Positions 1 to 14,078 of a stretch of DNA of 64,000 bases are shown here, in pieces. The translations under genes and the position numbers were made by a program. Origin of the DNA: Ruditapes philippinarum (Eukaryota); NCBI RefSeq assembly GCF_026571515.1, contig NW_026857759.1, positions 1-64,000 on the forward strand, written 5' to 3'. The notes below the pieces were generated by a model, which saw only the letters and a program-made list of their open reading frames with translations, made no database searches and was not told the origin of the DNA. Numbering within the stretch: the first letter of the stretch is position 1; every line of letters starts with the position of its first letter.

Positions 1-3000
1 AAATATTACAGACAGGAAATTACGTTGTCACTTTCAAAAACATTTCACCAATACTACTCAGGCTCTAGATAAAACGGAAGGACAGTTATAATCAAAAATG
101 TCGGAAACATGTCAATCTTAAAGAATGATGAAGACGTGATAAAATATCATATTACTATAGGTCATAGCTCCGAAATATATAGGTAGAAAAATAATGAATT
201 TCTTCGGAATACATCGATTGATTATATCATCCGAAACGACCACATTTGCAATCTTGGTTAGATACAGGAAATAATTCTGTTTGTTGTTGTGGATAAAATA
301 TACGACCAAGGAATGTTGAAAAAGAGAAGTATTGAATTTAAATAAGCTGGTAGGAAAATGACGACACCGAATAGTGCCCGACATAGCATTTAGCCGATCA
401 ACTATTCTTTATACAACGGTGAACCTATTTTCTTATGGCAGATAAATGTATATTAACTTAATGTTTACATTATGCTTACATCAGATACAAATTATTAAGT
501 TAATAAAACTATATTGTAGAAATCATGCACATGAAAGAAACTTTCCATCTTAGGTCTTTTTAAAGTAACTACTTCCCAGAATTTAGGCATTTTTACTAGG
601 ACAGAGTATTTAAAGCAACGAACTTAACGGAGTTTGTATTTATGTAACAATGGTATTCTAGTGTTAAAAATCAATACAAAATAATAACATTTTCTTATTT
701 TAATTTTAAATTAGTAAATTTAAATAAGACATATGTTTATTAAGTGAGGGTATAGAGATATGCTTGGTATATCTATACATTCGCAGAGAACCAATTGCAG
801 GTTATTACCAAGAAGGGTACAATCTATGTTGCGAGGACTTGTTGCTCAATCCATTTTATTTTTATGATATACTTATCATTTGTAAAATAATTAACATGGA
901 TGTGCTGCAATAAAATACGTGAAACTAAATCAAGAAAGTGGCGTATAAAATATTTTACTTTCATTGCATATAAAGTTTAGTAGAAACAACGTATACAAGA
1001 TAGGATATACGATATTTTCAACAAAAATATGATTATATAAATCGACAATTAACATGTTGCAAAATAAACAAACACAAAGCCAAAATTGACAATTAACATG
1101 TTGCAACATAAACCAACACAAAGCCAACAAAAATAAACGACTTCCAGAAAGCAAAACGAATCTTCGTTCCGTATTAGGCAATGATCAATGGTAATTTTAT
1201 TTTTAAAATACTAACTTATTTGTTTCTCTTTTAATTCACACTCCTTTAACCTATACTTTACATTCTGCCACACACACACCCCCTCCCCCCAAAAAATCAA
1301 ACTCAGTAGAGAAGAACGTCCTTACAATTTATCATTGTCACATTCGATGACTTCAGATTTCGTCTTAATTGCCATATAAAAATTCTTATTGTCTTGTAAT
1401 GTTTCTTACGGTTCGTGTATTTTGCTGAAAACATCCGTGCTTTTCTTAATTTTCTTATTCTACAGGATAGAAAATACATCTATGTAAATTCAGGAAATTT
1501 GTTGATTACTTAGATTTCTTGATGAGGTCAATATCCTTGTAACAAACGCACAGTCTATCTTACATTGTTTAGGAAACTAAAGCAATATACGAGATTTCCT
1601 TTCTGGCTTACATCATATTTTGTTCTTTTTAATTTCAGATATATGGTATTCTATTTATACTATCGAACATTTGATGTTTGAAGTATACTTATATTGTTTT
1701 CTTCCTTACATAACATTTAACTACTTTTGCATATGTCGTTGATAAGTCTAATCTGTTAGATACAACACAACGATTGCTTTGAAATATAACGCTACATTTA
1801 AAGTTTTATAATCATTAAATACTAAAATAATAAAACATTCCTATTGAAAGTTTGTGTGATATTATGGTGTAGCATGTAGTTTTATATTTAGTTTCTTAAC
1901 TTTCTAACGTCTCATCCTTGAGTAGCATATTAATTGACTCAACGTGCAACGTAAGAATTAACACTTACCAATAAGCATTTTTATACAAAAATAATTACGA
2001 AAAACTTGAAAAGCTCTTAAAAAATAGTTGATCAAGAATCTTTGGCTCCAGAAAGTTAATATACGTAAATATGTATACCTGTACCAGAAACAAGAAACAT
2101 GCATAATTATAATAAAAGCCAATCAAAAGCCATGCATGCTTATTTTAATTCAAATAAGACGTAATATTTGTAACATGTTAAGATATTTTTTTTACATTTC
2201 TCTGCTAAGGGCAAAATATTTTGAACAAATTGTGTCTAGTATTTAGTTTCTAGCAGCAATCAGCAATGGTAAGTAGAGTGTTTAACCTCAATAAGCCGAA
2301 CAAATGCCAAATGAGCTGTTACATTCAAATGAAACAAGGTCGATCGCTGATGATTATTGCAAGTCAAACTTTTCTGAGGCAAATTGAAAATACATCGCAG
2401 AAAGAAAAACAAAGTAAAAATGTCAATGACCTAAAATGAAATTGTTTGATGTTAATTCAGGGCAAGAAGAAAATACACAGTATGATATGCAAAAAGTTAA
2501 GCTTGTGCATTTGAAAATATTTATTTCAAATCATGATAATTCTAAAGCATTTAGATATGTACAAATATATGTTTCAGCGATAGACAGACTGCCATTGAGC
2601 ATAGCATGATACAATTCATGCATAACACATTTACTTTTTAAAAGATCATGCAATTACTTTTTTTCTATAAAAAGAGATGATCTAAAACGGACGGAAAAGC
2701 ATTTAATTGAAACATAATTCGAAACAAACAATTGAAAGTTAATTGATAGTGAACTGTCAATAATATCGTGGCAAACTCTTCCCATTGAGTTGATAATAAT
2801 CGTTAAAACAAAGTATTTTTGGGGAAATTACTTGTCAGTTCCACGCATTACCCCACGACAAAGAATGCATAACATTATACAATTGTTTAACAAATACAAA
2901 CAATTCCGACTCTGAAAATTGTTCTATGTAATATGTAATTATAATTATATTATCATTTAATGTATTGTTTTAAGTTTTATAAATGAGAAATGTTCTAAAT

Positions 3001-4873
3001 AATTTCGTTTTAAAACTGATTTTTTTCTAACTTCCTAAACCATTCTTAAAGAAACTGAAATAATCAACTTTGCATTGAAATTCTGAAAAGTGTCCAAATG
3101 GTTTAAAGGATTCGCAAAGGGAAAGGGGGGGTCCCTAGTAAATCAAAAAAGCCAATGAGTTAAAAATTTCCAAAGACCTTTCCTTTAAATAAATAATTTG
3201 TATCTTCTTAATGTTTTAATTTAACCATGCAGTCACAAAAATGTAAATATTTGCAAAAACGTAACACAAATTCGAATTTTGCTCTTGAAATACACATTTC
3301 TCGTTCCTAGAGTATTTAAAGAATTATATATATTAAACTGAAAAGACCCATATCAGAGATAGGAGTATTATAAAAATAGTAATATAAACTTTTTTTATAT
3401 AGATCTACGTTTGATTAGCTATAACATGTCCATCAAGATATAGTCTTTGTTTTGTCACTTCTAGGGATTGAAATGTTGATATTTATGTAATATAATTCAT
3501 TAAACATACAAAATACCATGCTATTCATGAACTTATATACATATGATACTGATATATTCTTCGAAAACTTGATTTTTAAAATGCTTATGCATCTGCAAGT
3601 TTGCAAATTTAAATTGATCCACAAAAAGAGATCGATAAATTGACATGACAAAATAATTACGCCTCAATAAGATTGTTCGAGATAAAAAATATCATATAAT
3701 TGCACTTTTGTAAGTTCAAGTATGTATTCATAATGTGGTCCTTTTTGCGGTAGCTGATACAATTTTCTATTTTAGGAAATATATTCTTATTATAATTAGG
3801 ATGTCACTGACAGAAAACAATCGTGTCACTTCCAACTAGATAATTACTGTACATCTTCTCTTCTTGTAGCTGAAACGGAAAATGCGCACAAAAGAATGTG
3901 TCGAAATAATGTTCGTCTTAAAGATTGATTGCGAAATGATAAAATATCATATTCTTCGGGTCATGAACTATAACAATATATTAGGCAAAAAAGGAAACCG
4001 ATGAATTCCATGGATCATTTACTTACTTTCCTCATCGAAAACTACTTGCTCATAATTTCGTTTATAAGAAAGGACAAGAAAATATTTTTTTGTTGCACCG
4101 GATATAAATCACAAATATTGGAATGTCCATAACATGAAAATAAAGAAAAAAATGAATTTGGAGTGTTAATCACCCCTGTAGTAAAATAATTTCACTGAAT
4201 ATTGTCGCAGAATTGCATTAAGCAAATTAAATATTTTTTTTACTCAGTTGTTAAATTATAGTTTATAGACTGCTAATAAATGGAAAAGTTAATGTGTTGA
4301 TTAACTGAGAGAGGGAGTTGTTTGCCTTTAAGAAAAACAAAATGTTTATAAAAATAATATAAGTTAGTAAATGAATAAAGCTTTTTTCTTCTACGTAATA
4401 TTTAAAATAATAAATATATTTCCGGTAAAATGACTGTCAGTTGTTGTTTTAACGCTATGATAAAAAATATAAAGTTTTAATAAGACTAAATGGGATAATT
4501 ATTTTAAGTTATTTCATTGAAAAGATGGGTAGTTTATTGCATACGGTATTATTGAAAAAGAAAGAAAGAAAAACAACAAAAAAAAAACAACAACATATAC
4601 ATGATATACTCGTAAATACTTGCCTTTCCGAACGTCTTTGGTGTGTCCTTTCGTTGTATTTCGTTGTGATCAACAGATACGAAGCGTTAGAAAGTGGTGT
4701 ATAAAATTTACTTATACTGTTATCTTCCGTTATGTCATATTTTATGTGTGACTTGACCTCCACGCCTGTAAAAGTAAGAAACGAAATTTCTTTTCACCTA
4801 TGATTTATTCATTAGAAAGAAGAATCGTACAATTTAATTTTCCTCAGATTTTTACACACACTCTTAACTCACG

Positions 4874-5520
4874 ATGGATTCTTTATCACAATCTGAATCA
4901 CTATCTGAATAACCTACTGATGATGCTGCCATAAAAACTATTGCACTCGCCTAAAAAGACTCTATTCACGCTAAACTTACGTCAATGTTGAAATCTACTG
5001 TTGAGTCAGCTTAAAAAGAAAAAGGAAACTAGAGGGAACGCAAACACACTCAAAGCTCAGACTGATGCCCTTTGTTCAGACAATAACGACCTTATGCATC
5101 GAGTTGACATCTTTGAGTTTCGCTGTGATGCAGCTGAGCGGAATAGTAGGCGTGACAACGTGAGAATGTCTGGTCTCATCAAAGAACGGTAAAAGTACCG
5201 ACATTGAAGTCATTTCTATAAATGCTAAATCTTTCGCCCCTATAAATGCCATTGCTATTTAACATAGAGAAGGAAAGAAGAAACCCAACAGTAAGCCCCG
5301 ATATATCATAGTGAAACATGTTTCTTGCCGATCACGTAATACGTTTTACAAAAAGAGGGGTATGCTGAAATCATACGGCCACTAAGAACCTCGCCAAATA
5401 TAGATCTGAGTTACTATCACGCAAGACAAATGGTTAACTGAAAGAAAATTGTCAGAGCTTGGTCGTCTGACGGAATAGTACACGTTAAAGATAATACAAT
5501 TAATATTCACACGATGTTTT
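4874..5520 (+). mobile_element. Degenerate ORF1 of a CR1/L2-type non-LTR retrotransposon
   Basis: Frameshifted pieces: AAERNSRRDNVRMSGL (cf. LEQYSRRxNLRIxG), HREGKKKPNSKPRYIIVKHVS (cf. HRxG..PRPIIVKF) and VRAWSSDGIVHVKD (cf. AWTxDGxIxVK). Multiple stops. Confidence 0.8.
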
Positions 5521-6806
5521 GTAAACATTTAATGGAACAGTTCACGACCTTCTATGCAATGTAACGTTTGATTGATTCTGACATAGACAGTTTTGCATTA
5601 TAAAGGGTTTTTTACAATGTGGTTATTTTTTTATCTTTCAATAATCATTCTTTGTCATAAACGATTTATCATTTCAATTCGTCTTTTTCCATCTGTATTG
5701 CTGCAAATAACATAGGTGTTTACTTATAAAATGGAAGCATATATGTTTGATAATAAACATAACTCAGTTATGGACATGATTATACTCATAGTACATAATC
5801 GCTCTGATAAACATGTAGCATGTACTTCCCTGTTCATGTATGTCAAAGTTCATTGTTGATCTACTTAAAATGAATCCAAAACAATAACTTTGAACTATTA
5901 AGCTAAATTTATCTTATCCCGTAAGTAATTCACTAATTTCTTGTAAAATCACAGCTGTATCTTAAGTAGCGAAATTGCTACTCAATGTGCTGATTGAAGC
6001 TATATTACTGGTAATTTTGCCTGAAGCACGTATCGTTCTGTAAAGCATTTTTATTAATTTATATATTCCATAGTAAATACTTACATATTTTCTTTTACAG
6101 GTTTTTTATGCATATTACCCTTGTAAACGTTATAGCGTAACAAAAAAAACATTTAAATTTAAAGTACATTTAATGCGCATTTGGGTATCGCGCATGGTTT
6201 ATTGATAGTTAATGTGCATCTCCGTCTCTCCCGTTTTTAATAAAATTTTATGTACCTGTTTCGTACCAAACATAACATTTTTAATATGTTGCTGCACTGA
6301 ATTTATGTGCAACTCCCTTTATAATTATCTTTAATACATGTGTTCAATTAGACACAATTTATAGATGTATCTCCAAACTAATAACTTTTATATGTTTTTA
6401 ATATGTTAATGTACTGAATTTATTAAGAACGTAAATACATAAAGTACATAATAAATCACACTTGAACTATATTATGTCATCGAATTCTTTTTTCTCGTAT
6501 TTCTTATGAATACTTGATAATCGGTTTGATTTTGTGTCGAACAAATTTTTGATATGAATTACTATCATGCTGCTAAATATTTTGTATTCTTTTTACAGTT
6601 ACGTGATAAATACAAATGCAATTATTGACACTATCATCCTTTTAAAAATCAAATTATATACATCATGTTTTAGCAGGTATTTAGATATGTTAACAAAATA
6701 TATCTGTATGTCTGGTAATGTAACTGGTTGTATCGATGATGTTTTGTGTCAATTCACTCCGTTAGCAGACGACCTCCTTACTTTATACAGATTAGAGAAA
6801 CGCAAA

Positions 6807-7782
6807 AACTAGAAATGTGGCCATAGGACACGGTAGCCCTCACGGTCCACTGTTTTGTCAATATACTGACTCTAGGTTTTGGGCTACACGCGACACAAGT
6901 TGTAACCTGGAAAACTTTTTGAAAATTGCAAATTTATCCTTAGTCAAGCGCAAAAACTCCGCAAATACTGAATAAATTCACAAGTAAACCCCAATGCGAA
7001 TAATTACACATGTTTACCGACATTCTTGTAAATATTCAGGACTACAGGTCAAATAGTTTTAAGCTATGCATGAACAAGTTGAAATTTGCAAATTTATACT
7101 GGGTCAAGGGCAATAACACTAACAAAAACCGTAAAAATATCAACACGCAAAACCCAAGGTACACAGCTTCAGAGAGACGTTGATCATCATTCCTGTAAAG
7201 TGAGTTGATTCTAACTCAAGCAATGAAGGTACACATAGCACAACATTTTGGAACGGTTCTTTCTAAGGCCAATTGATCTACAAATACTGTTTAAATCTAC
7301 AATCAAACACCCAGGTGAACATTTACATATGCCGACCAACATTTCTGTAGGTTTCATGACTTTAGAGTCAAATACTTTTTGAGACACGCACGACACTAAA
7401 TGAAAATTGAAGACTTTTACTAAGTCAAGGGCAATAACTTTGACAAAACAGAATTAATCCACAAGAAAAATCCATGATCCACAACTTAACATCCTGATCA
7501 ACATTCTTGTAACGTTTCATGGCTCAAGGTCAAATACTTTTTGAGCAACGCGCAACACAATTTAAACATTGCAAATTTGTACTTAGTCAAGGACAATTAC
7601 TCTACAAATTCAGTATAAATTCACACGCACACACATGGGTGCACAACTACACAAGCTGACCAATATTCCTTAAAAGGAATTTTATGACTCTAGGTACTTT
7701 TTGAGCTACAAGCGACACAATATGAGAACGGATAGACGGACAAGGGTAAATCTAAATACTGACCCTATAGTGGGGGTACAAC
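6807..7782 (+). mobile_element. Non-autonomous Helentron/HINE (DINE-1/pearl-like) element with internal tandem array, nested in the LINE
   Basis: Starts aACTAGAAATGTG. Contains 5-6 degenerate ~163-bp units (gtcaagggcaataact; tttttgagctac.cgcgacaca), a short (ACGG/ACAG)-like microsatellite, and a terminal ccc..ggggg hairpin-like end. Confidence 0.7.
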
Positions 7783-7883
7783 TATAGCTTTTCTTAAATA
7801 TTATTGCAATCATTTTTATTTAACACTTGTACAAAATTTAATCTATGACATCTATTCAATCGGAACTTAATCATGTTTAAAAC

Positions 7884-8125
7884 AATCTTTCTTTTGTGCA
7901 TTTAATTATTCAGAATACAGAACAGAAACTTGATATCTGCGGTTTTGATATCCAGCTTTCTTCGTAACATGGCCCAAAATAACATCACTCAACAATTTAA
8001 TTTTAAACAAATTATCGATGAGCCAACACATTACACGAAACATTCAAACTCTGTCAACGGTAAAAAACGCCGTTATTCACTCTGGCGTTGGCGATCACTT
8101 TCTTGAATAAGAAGTAAGGTATCAG
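7884..8125 (+). mobile_element. Internally deleted APE endonuclease remnant (ORF2 N-terminus) of the same LINE
   Basis: NLSFVHLIIQN..KLD..FDI..TW (APE N-terminal motifs) is followed directly by KQIIDEPTHYT and HSGVGDHFLE*EVRY (APE C-terminal motifs). Confidence 0.7.
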
Positions 8126-9075
8126 GGAATCAATTTTTTTAAACTTAACAATAAACATTTTTGGATCCTCGTGTAAGAAATGTATTGATCGATTAATAGC
8201 ACAAAATTATCATACCTAGTTTAAAGCTGCTCAATGTATTGACTTGACATGCCCTGCATTCATTTGATTTGTCTTTTGACAGTTCATTACAAACTTTAGG
8301 GAATTTTAAGATAAAAACTGAGAATTAGTCAGCCATAATCATTTTATGTTTAGAAAGGAAAAGGTCTATGCAAGCAAACCTTTGCTTTTTGGAAAATAGC
8401 TTACAACAATTTGTTGTTACTAGATAAGTAAACTACACAAAAAATGCAATATTTAATGTAAGTGAAATGTTGCACAAAAGGCCAATAGACTATATGACAT
8501 CAGATAATTAAATGGATTTGTAATCCGCAACATGGGATTTTACGTTCCGTAAAAGATTGAGTGAACCTCGTTTTCTCATAGTTTATTGTATTGCATTTTC
8601 ATGATTAGTTTGTACTAACTTATATATAATCTCTTGATTTGTTGTAAAAAAAAAATCTACGGCTTTCGTTTTATTGAAATATCCTGTTCATTTTCAAATC
8701 TTTCTATTCTACAGGATAGAAAATACATCTATGCAAATTCAGGAAATTGGTTGTTAGCTAAGCTTCCTTGATGCGGTCAATATGCATTGGGGAAAAGCAA
8801 TATCTGTCTTACATCATTTAGAAAACTGAGGCATAATACGAGATTTTCTTTCTGGCTAATATCACCGGCAGTCGTTCTAATTTCTCATATTTGGCAGTCT
8901 ATTTATATAATCGAATATTTGATGTTTCTAGTCTATCCGTGATGTGTCTACAGCAAACAAATATTAAGTATAAGACAAAATTGATTGCGACACTACAGTG
9001 TCAAATTAAGGAAGTATCATGGAACATTTTTTTTATTTAGCTACTGTCTCAGCGTTCTTCTTTGGTTTAAACATA

Positions 9076-9243
9076 TTTATTTAAGCTCGATTGCAACTTA
9101 TATTAATCACTTTCGAGTCTGCTTCCTGGAACCAACCAGTACTGGTGTCATATGAAGATACATGGTCGTGACCCGAGTAGGGCTCGAAGCCATGATCTCT
9201 GGGTTGAAAAGCAGACACCTTAACCACTAGGCCACCGCTCCCC
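9076..9243 (-). mobile_element. tRNA-derived SINE
   Basis: Minus strand: A-box TGGCCTAGTGG, B-box-like GCTTCGAGCC, and tail agtactggttggttccaggaa...caatcgagcttaaataaat shared with the 13477 copy and partly with the 62229 copy. Confidence 0.8.
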
Positions 9244-12200
9244 TTTAAAAGACTAAAAAATATTGGCAACTGCAAAACAAAAATAATAATTTTCAAACTA
9301 TGTGTAAAATGACGATTGACATGTTGTTTTATAATATGTACTTCTAAAATTATTTCTTTTCAATTTAACTTCTCCTGTCTTCCTTGTCCTGTATATAAAG
9401 TGCAAGAATATGATAAGAATCAGCACGTAATACAATAGTTAGTAAAAAATACTAGATGTACAAAACTAGGATTTCAAATTAATCTCAAGACAAAATGATA
9501 TAGGCATACACATACATCTGCCGGATAAATTCAAAAGGGAAAACATTCATTTAAATAAGTAGTCTACGGGTCGCTGGTTCTATCTTCGGGAGAGGTGTTT
9601 TTTCAACGTGGCAGTTGATCTCATATATTGGGTCTAATAAGTCGTTTATATCTAACCGATGTGTTTCAGAATTCTTGTTGAATAAGTAGTCGATCACTTG
9701 CAAGGAAATAGTTAATTTCTGGTCATCTATAATCAAAGGCGGCTTGGTGAATCGTGTTATGAACCCAAAAAAGTGTTAAAGTTGTCATAATATCAAACAA
9801 ATAAGCGAATGTTTGTAAACTAATTTAGAAGCTGTATTTTGTCGTTCGGAAAATTTCTATTACATTACGAGGTGACAAGCTGTAATTGATTGAATAAAGG
9901 CATTGTTTTCCCTATAGTCTGAATACTGAGTGCTTTGGTCTGATACATGTATAGACAAATATATTGATAAATATCACTCGATTAGTTAAATGAACACCAA
10001 ATAAATCATATTAATCAATCGTTTACTTCATGTTAAAGTCATGATAGAATAGTGATCATTAAAAAAGACACTATTTAATCATAACTAATCTTACGGGATA
10101 AAATGTTTTGGTGCAATAAGGTTATGAAATTATTTGTTACCCTGTTTACATTGTGTGTTGTGAGCAAAAAGTAACCACCTTTCTTGATTTGATCATATAT
10201 TTTATGCACACATTAATTACATAAATAAATAAATTAAATAAAACAATAATGTATAGTTAGTAATTATGTGTCTTTTACCGTCAGTGAAGTTGTATCATAT
10301 AAATATTTCAGTTGAACAAGTTAGGGTTCACTTTAAAAAATGTGAACAACATGTTCAACGTCTATGTCCGGAAATTTGTCATTTTCAAGAACAAAATCTA
10401 ATCAACAGTCTGCTCGCAAAGCGGAAATGTAGATTTAGACTGATACTCCTTTCATGACAGTAAAATAGAATAATAGGATGTAAACTATTTGGCTCTTATC
10501 ATACATTCTTGGAAAACAATTACTCTTTGCTGTGTATACGCTTTTTTCAGGAAACTGAATACACAGTAGAAGATTGCGTTGTGAACTATTTGACTACAAT
10601 AATCAAATAATCTTCGACAACTGTATCCGTTGCGATGTTGCAAATATACTTGTCTTTACAGATGACCATATTACTACGCATCTGGTTTTAGATTTGTTGA
10701 CATTTATAAAATCATCAAACTATCAAACATCGTTTGTTATTAATAATAACATAACAAAATTCATTTGATGGATTCGGCTTAAAGCGTATAATGAAATAAG
10801 CTTCATCCACGCAGCATTTATTTGAATAAATGTACTTTTGAAAGAGTCGAATATCATTACGTTTATAAAACTCAATCGCTATTCAATATAATATATATTC
10901 TATTTTCTCATGACTTTCGTTTTCTTTTCTTTTTTCTTCTTCAAAATTTGACATTCTTTAATCTAAAGGTTTACATAGTACACTATCAAAGTGATGTAAT
11001 AATAAAAAAATATGCAGGTAACAAAGCTTATAATTTTGCAATTAAATTTAGTTTTAAGAGATAAAAGGCGTTATATGGTGAACTCAAGCATCTTATAGCA
11101 GCAAACTTCAAAGGGAAAACTACTTTGTGGTTGCCAATATTTATATGGTTAAACATTAAAATGCAAATGTGTTACAGTATGTGTGCGGCCAATTAAACAC
11201 ATCTCAGTTTGTTTTAAATTCTAAAGTTCTGCATAAGACGGTGCAAATAGGGCTAGGCCATATATTGCATTATTACTGCAGTTTGAGATCATACTTAAAT
11301 ATTTAAGTCTTAAATATCTTCCGTTTTGCAGTCTTTGCGGTTATTGAGTTTTACACTTTAACTGTTATATTACATTAAACAACTAATACTTTGAATTACC
11401 ATTAGCTTATTACATCAGCTTAAATCTTTTAACGACCATTTAAAGCATGAAATACTACCGTAACCTAAAAAATAATTTTCTCCATTTGAATCCCTATCGA
11501 AAGGCAATCAAACCTGTTTCAGTTACATGTAATAGTGTTCTTTATCAGTGTTTAAATTCTTACAAAATAGATGTTCAAAAAATACACCCAAAGCAACGCT
11601 ATAATACGATACTGTCGCAACTTTCTTGTTTATTCCTATCGTGATCAGAATCGTTTTACATCCGAATTAAGTTGAGTCTATTTGAAGATATTGTAAGCCT
11701 TGTTTGTCGTATGTTTGTAATTCGATATGTATGATATAAACCAGGCTTTATCTAAAATTGGTACATGGTAAAAATGTAGACTGAACTTATTTTTTTTGCT
11801 GAACCTAGCAAATCCAGTATTCTTAAAAAGAAATATGACTTGTCTATGATAATTATTACAAATAGAACACTGTAATGAAAAATAGGTAATCACATAATAC
11901 AACTGATTGCGTCTAGAAAATAAATACATCTTTTGTTTAATTTTATTGAATTTAGTAGATTGAATATAAAACTAGATTCATTTTAGTTCATTTTGAGAAA
12001 TGATTTTTGTAATAATTCTTACATAGTGCAACATCGGCAGTACAAAACATCGTTTTGAGTTGATGAGAGTTGTTACTCTTGGAAGTTTGTGAAATTGTGA
12101 AGTCTAAATTTAGGCAGATTGCTACTTTTGCTATACAAAGGTTATTGCTTTACAGATGGACGTCCTGTAACAGGTTTTACTGTACATTGATTTAAAAAAA

Positions 12201-13476
12201 ATTATTTTTGATATTCACAATTGCATTAATTATAAAAGAATATATTTTGATGTCAATACATGTATGCAACAGATAAATTCGTTCATAATAAATTGTATAA
12301 TTGTTGTCTTGTATTTATTTTGTAATAAGGAGAGCTTTGCAAACACATTGAAGTACCTGTACGTTTATTTGTTAACGGTGTTTGTGCCTACATGAAAAAT
12401 ATCAATATTATGACTATTCAACGATTTTATGTTAAACTTAGTATACTTGTGTATGTGTCAAGAAGAACAATATGAAGGCTATAAATTTCAAAATACGTAA
12501 TTTGATTATTAGGGCCCATTTTCTGACCGTATATATTAACTTTTACTTATCATTTATACAGGTATTCTTGTTTGTAATGCAGTTTGTCACACTTTTCTAT
12601 CCTTAGTAAAATACATTATTTTATTATAACTATATATCTTCATTTATTATTATCTAGGTCGGTAAATGTCACTTTAACCTTAAAAAGGCTTGTACATGAC
12701 AAAATGATAATGTGTAAGTGTTGGCTTATGGAGTTTTTCATTATGAAGTTTTTATGGTTTATGAAATCTACCTGTATCAAATAGATGATATGACGAAATG
12801 TACCTGTATCAAATAAATGATAGTTGAGTATTCAACGGTTTTATGTTAAACTCAGTAGGGTTACTTAATTTTAGTACACAATATTCTGTATTTTGATATC
12901 TTAAAGGAAGACAAATGATTTTAATGACAGACACAAAGTTATTTGATATGAGATTGTAGTAAAAATTAGTTATATATTAAGTACTATAAAGTCACTTTAA
13001 AGATAAATCGTCTACGATCAGAAAGTTCTAAAAGAACTTAAAAAAGTTTAAACTCTTACACTTAAATTTCAGTTAATTTTCTGATGATATGTTCCTACAT
13101 TTTATGACCCGTCCAAAATCGGGGCTAACTGGTATTTGCACATGCAAGTTTTGTGAAAAAAGATATATTGAAGAATATCTGGTATATCCATATGTAAGCT
13201 ATGAGATACAAAAGAAGAAAAACAGTTTGTTAACAGTGTATAAATTTATTTAAACATAAATCTTTGTGGTAAACTTTCGTGACAGTATCGCGTTGGTGAT
13301 GTAACATTATATTGTTATTGTACTTTGAATTGCCGGTACTTATCATAACATTGCAAATTAAAATCCAATGCCTGTAATACAAATCTGGTCCGCATGCTCG
13401 CAGATAAAAAAAACAAAAACAAAACCAAACAAACAAAAAAAAACAGCAAAAACTCCAAAAAGCTATTTTTTTCGTA

Positions 13477-13678
13477 TCGGCGTGGCCAAGTTGTAAACGC
13501 GTTTGACTTGTAATCTAAGGATTGCTAACCGCGTGGTTTTAAACGCCGTCAGGGGAAAGCCGTTCTTTCCTTGAGCAAGAAACTTTTAGTTCTTGTTGGT
13601 TCCAGGTTCGGATTCGTGAGAGTTTCAATAAACTGATATATTCAATCACAATCGAACTAAAATAAATTCGTATAGACT
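13477..13678 (+). mobile_element. tRNA-derived SINE (CORE-like tccttgagcaag segment)
   Basis: Degenerate tRNA head ggcgtggccaagttg, a tccttgagcaag core, and tail ttggttccagg...cacaatcgaactaaaataaat. Confidence 0.7.
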
Positions 13679-13954
13679 TAATACAACGCATTGAATTGCA
13701 TAAACTGGCAATAAATGATACAATAAACTGAAGTTACGTATTTTTTGAATTCACACCAAATAACACAAAGGTGGTGTTAGTATACTACAGTGATTTCGTT
13801 TTTACACTGTTTTATACAATGAGTGATAAAAACACGAATCAATTCATTTCAAATTTATGATGAATGGATAAGCACGGATTATATCATCCATTTATTATAT
13901 CACACGAAACAGGTCAGTAAGGACTTTAAGTTTTCAAAACGGAGATAACTAGAA

Positions 13955-14078
13955 ATGAGTGAAACGTAATCGTGAAGAAAAAAAGAAGGAAAGAATTAAT
14001 AGGACACAGCAATACATGAGTGAAACGTAATCGTGAAGAAAAAAAGAAGGAAAGAATTAATAGGACACAGCAATACAT
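13955..14078. repeat. Perfect 61-bp tandem duplication
   Basis: atgagtgaaacgtaatcgtg...ggacacagcaatac occurs twice exactly (13955 and 14016). Confidence 0.95.

Noticed and set aside
1400-1690. Minus-strand DVSQKGNLVYC...TVRLLQGY resembling NHL/beta-propeller repeats
   Set aside because: Too short and interrupted by stops in both copies; cannot be supported without a profile search.
100-3950. TGA shared by both paralogous copies (LKE* / LKD*), suggesting selenocysteine or recoding
   Set aside because: Other stops and frameshifts occur in the same frames, no SECIS element was recognised, and nucleotide similarity alone explains it.
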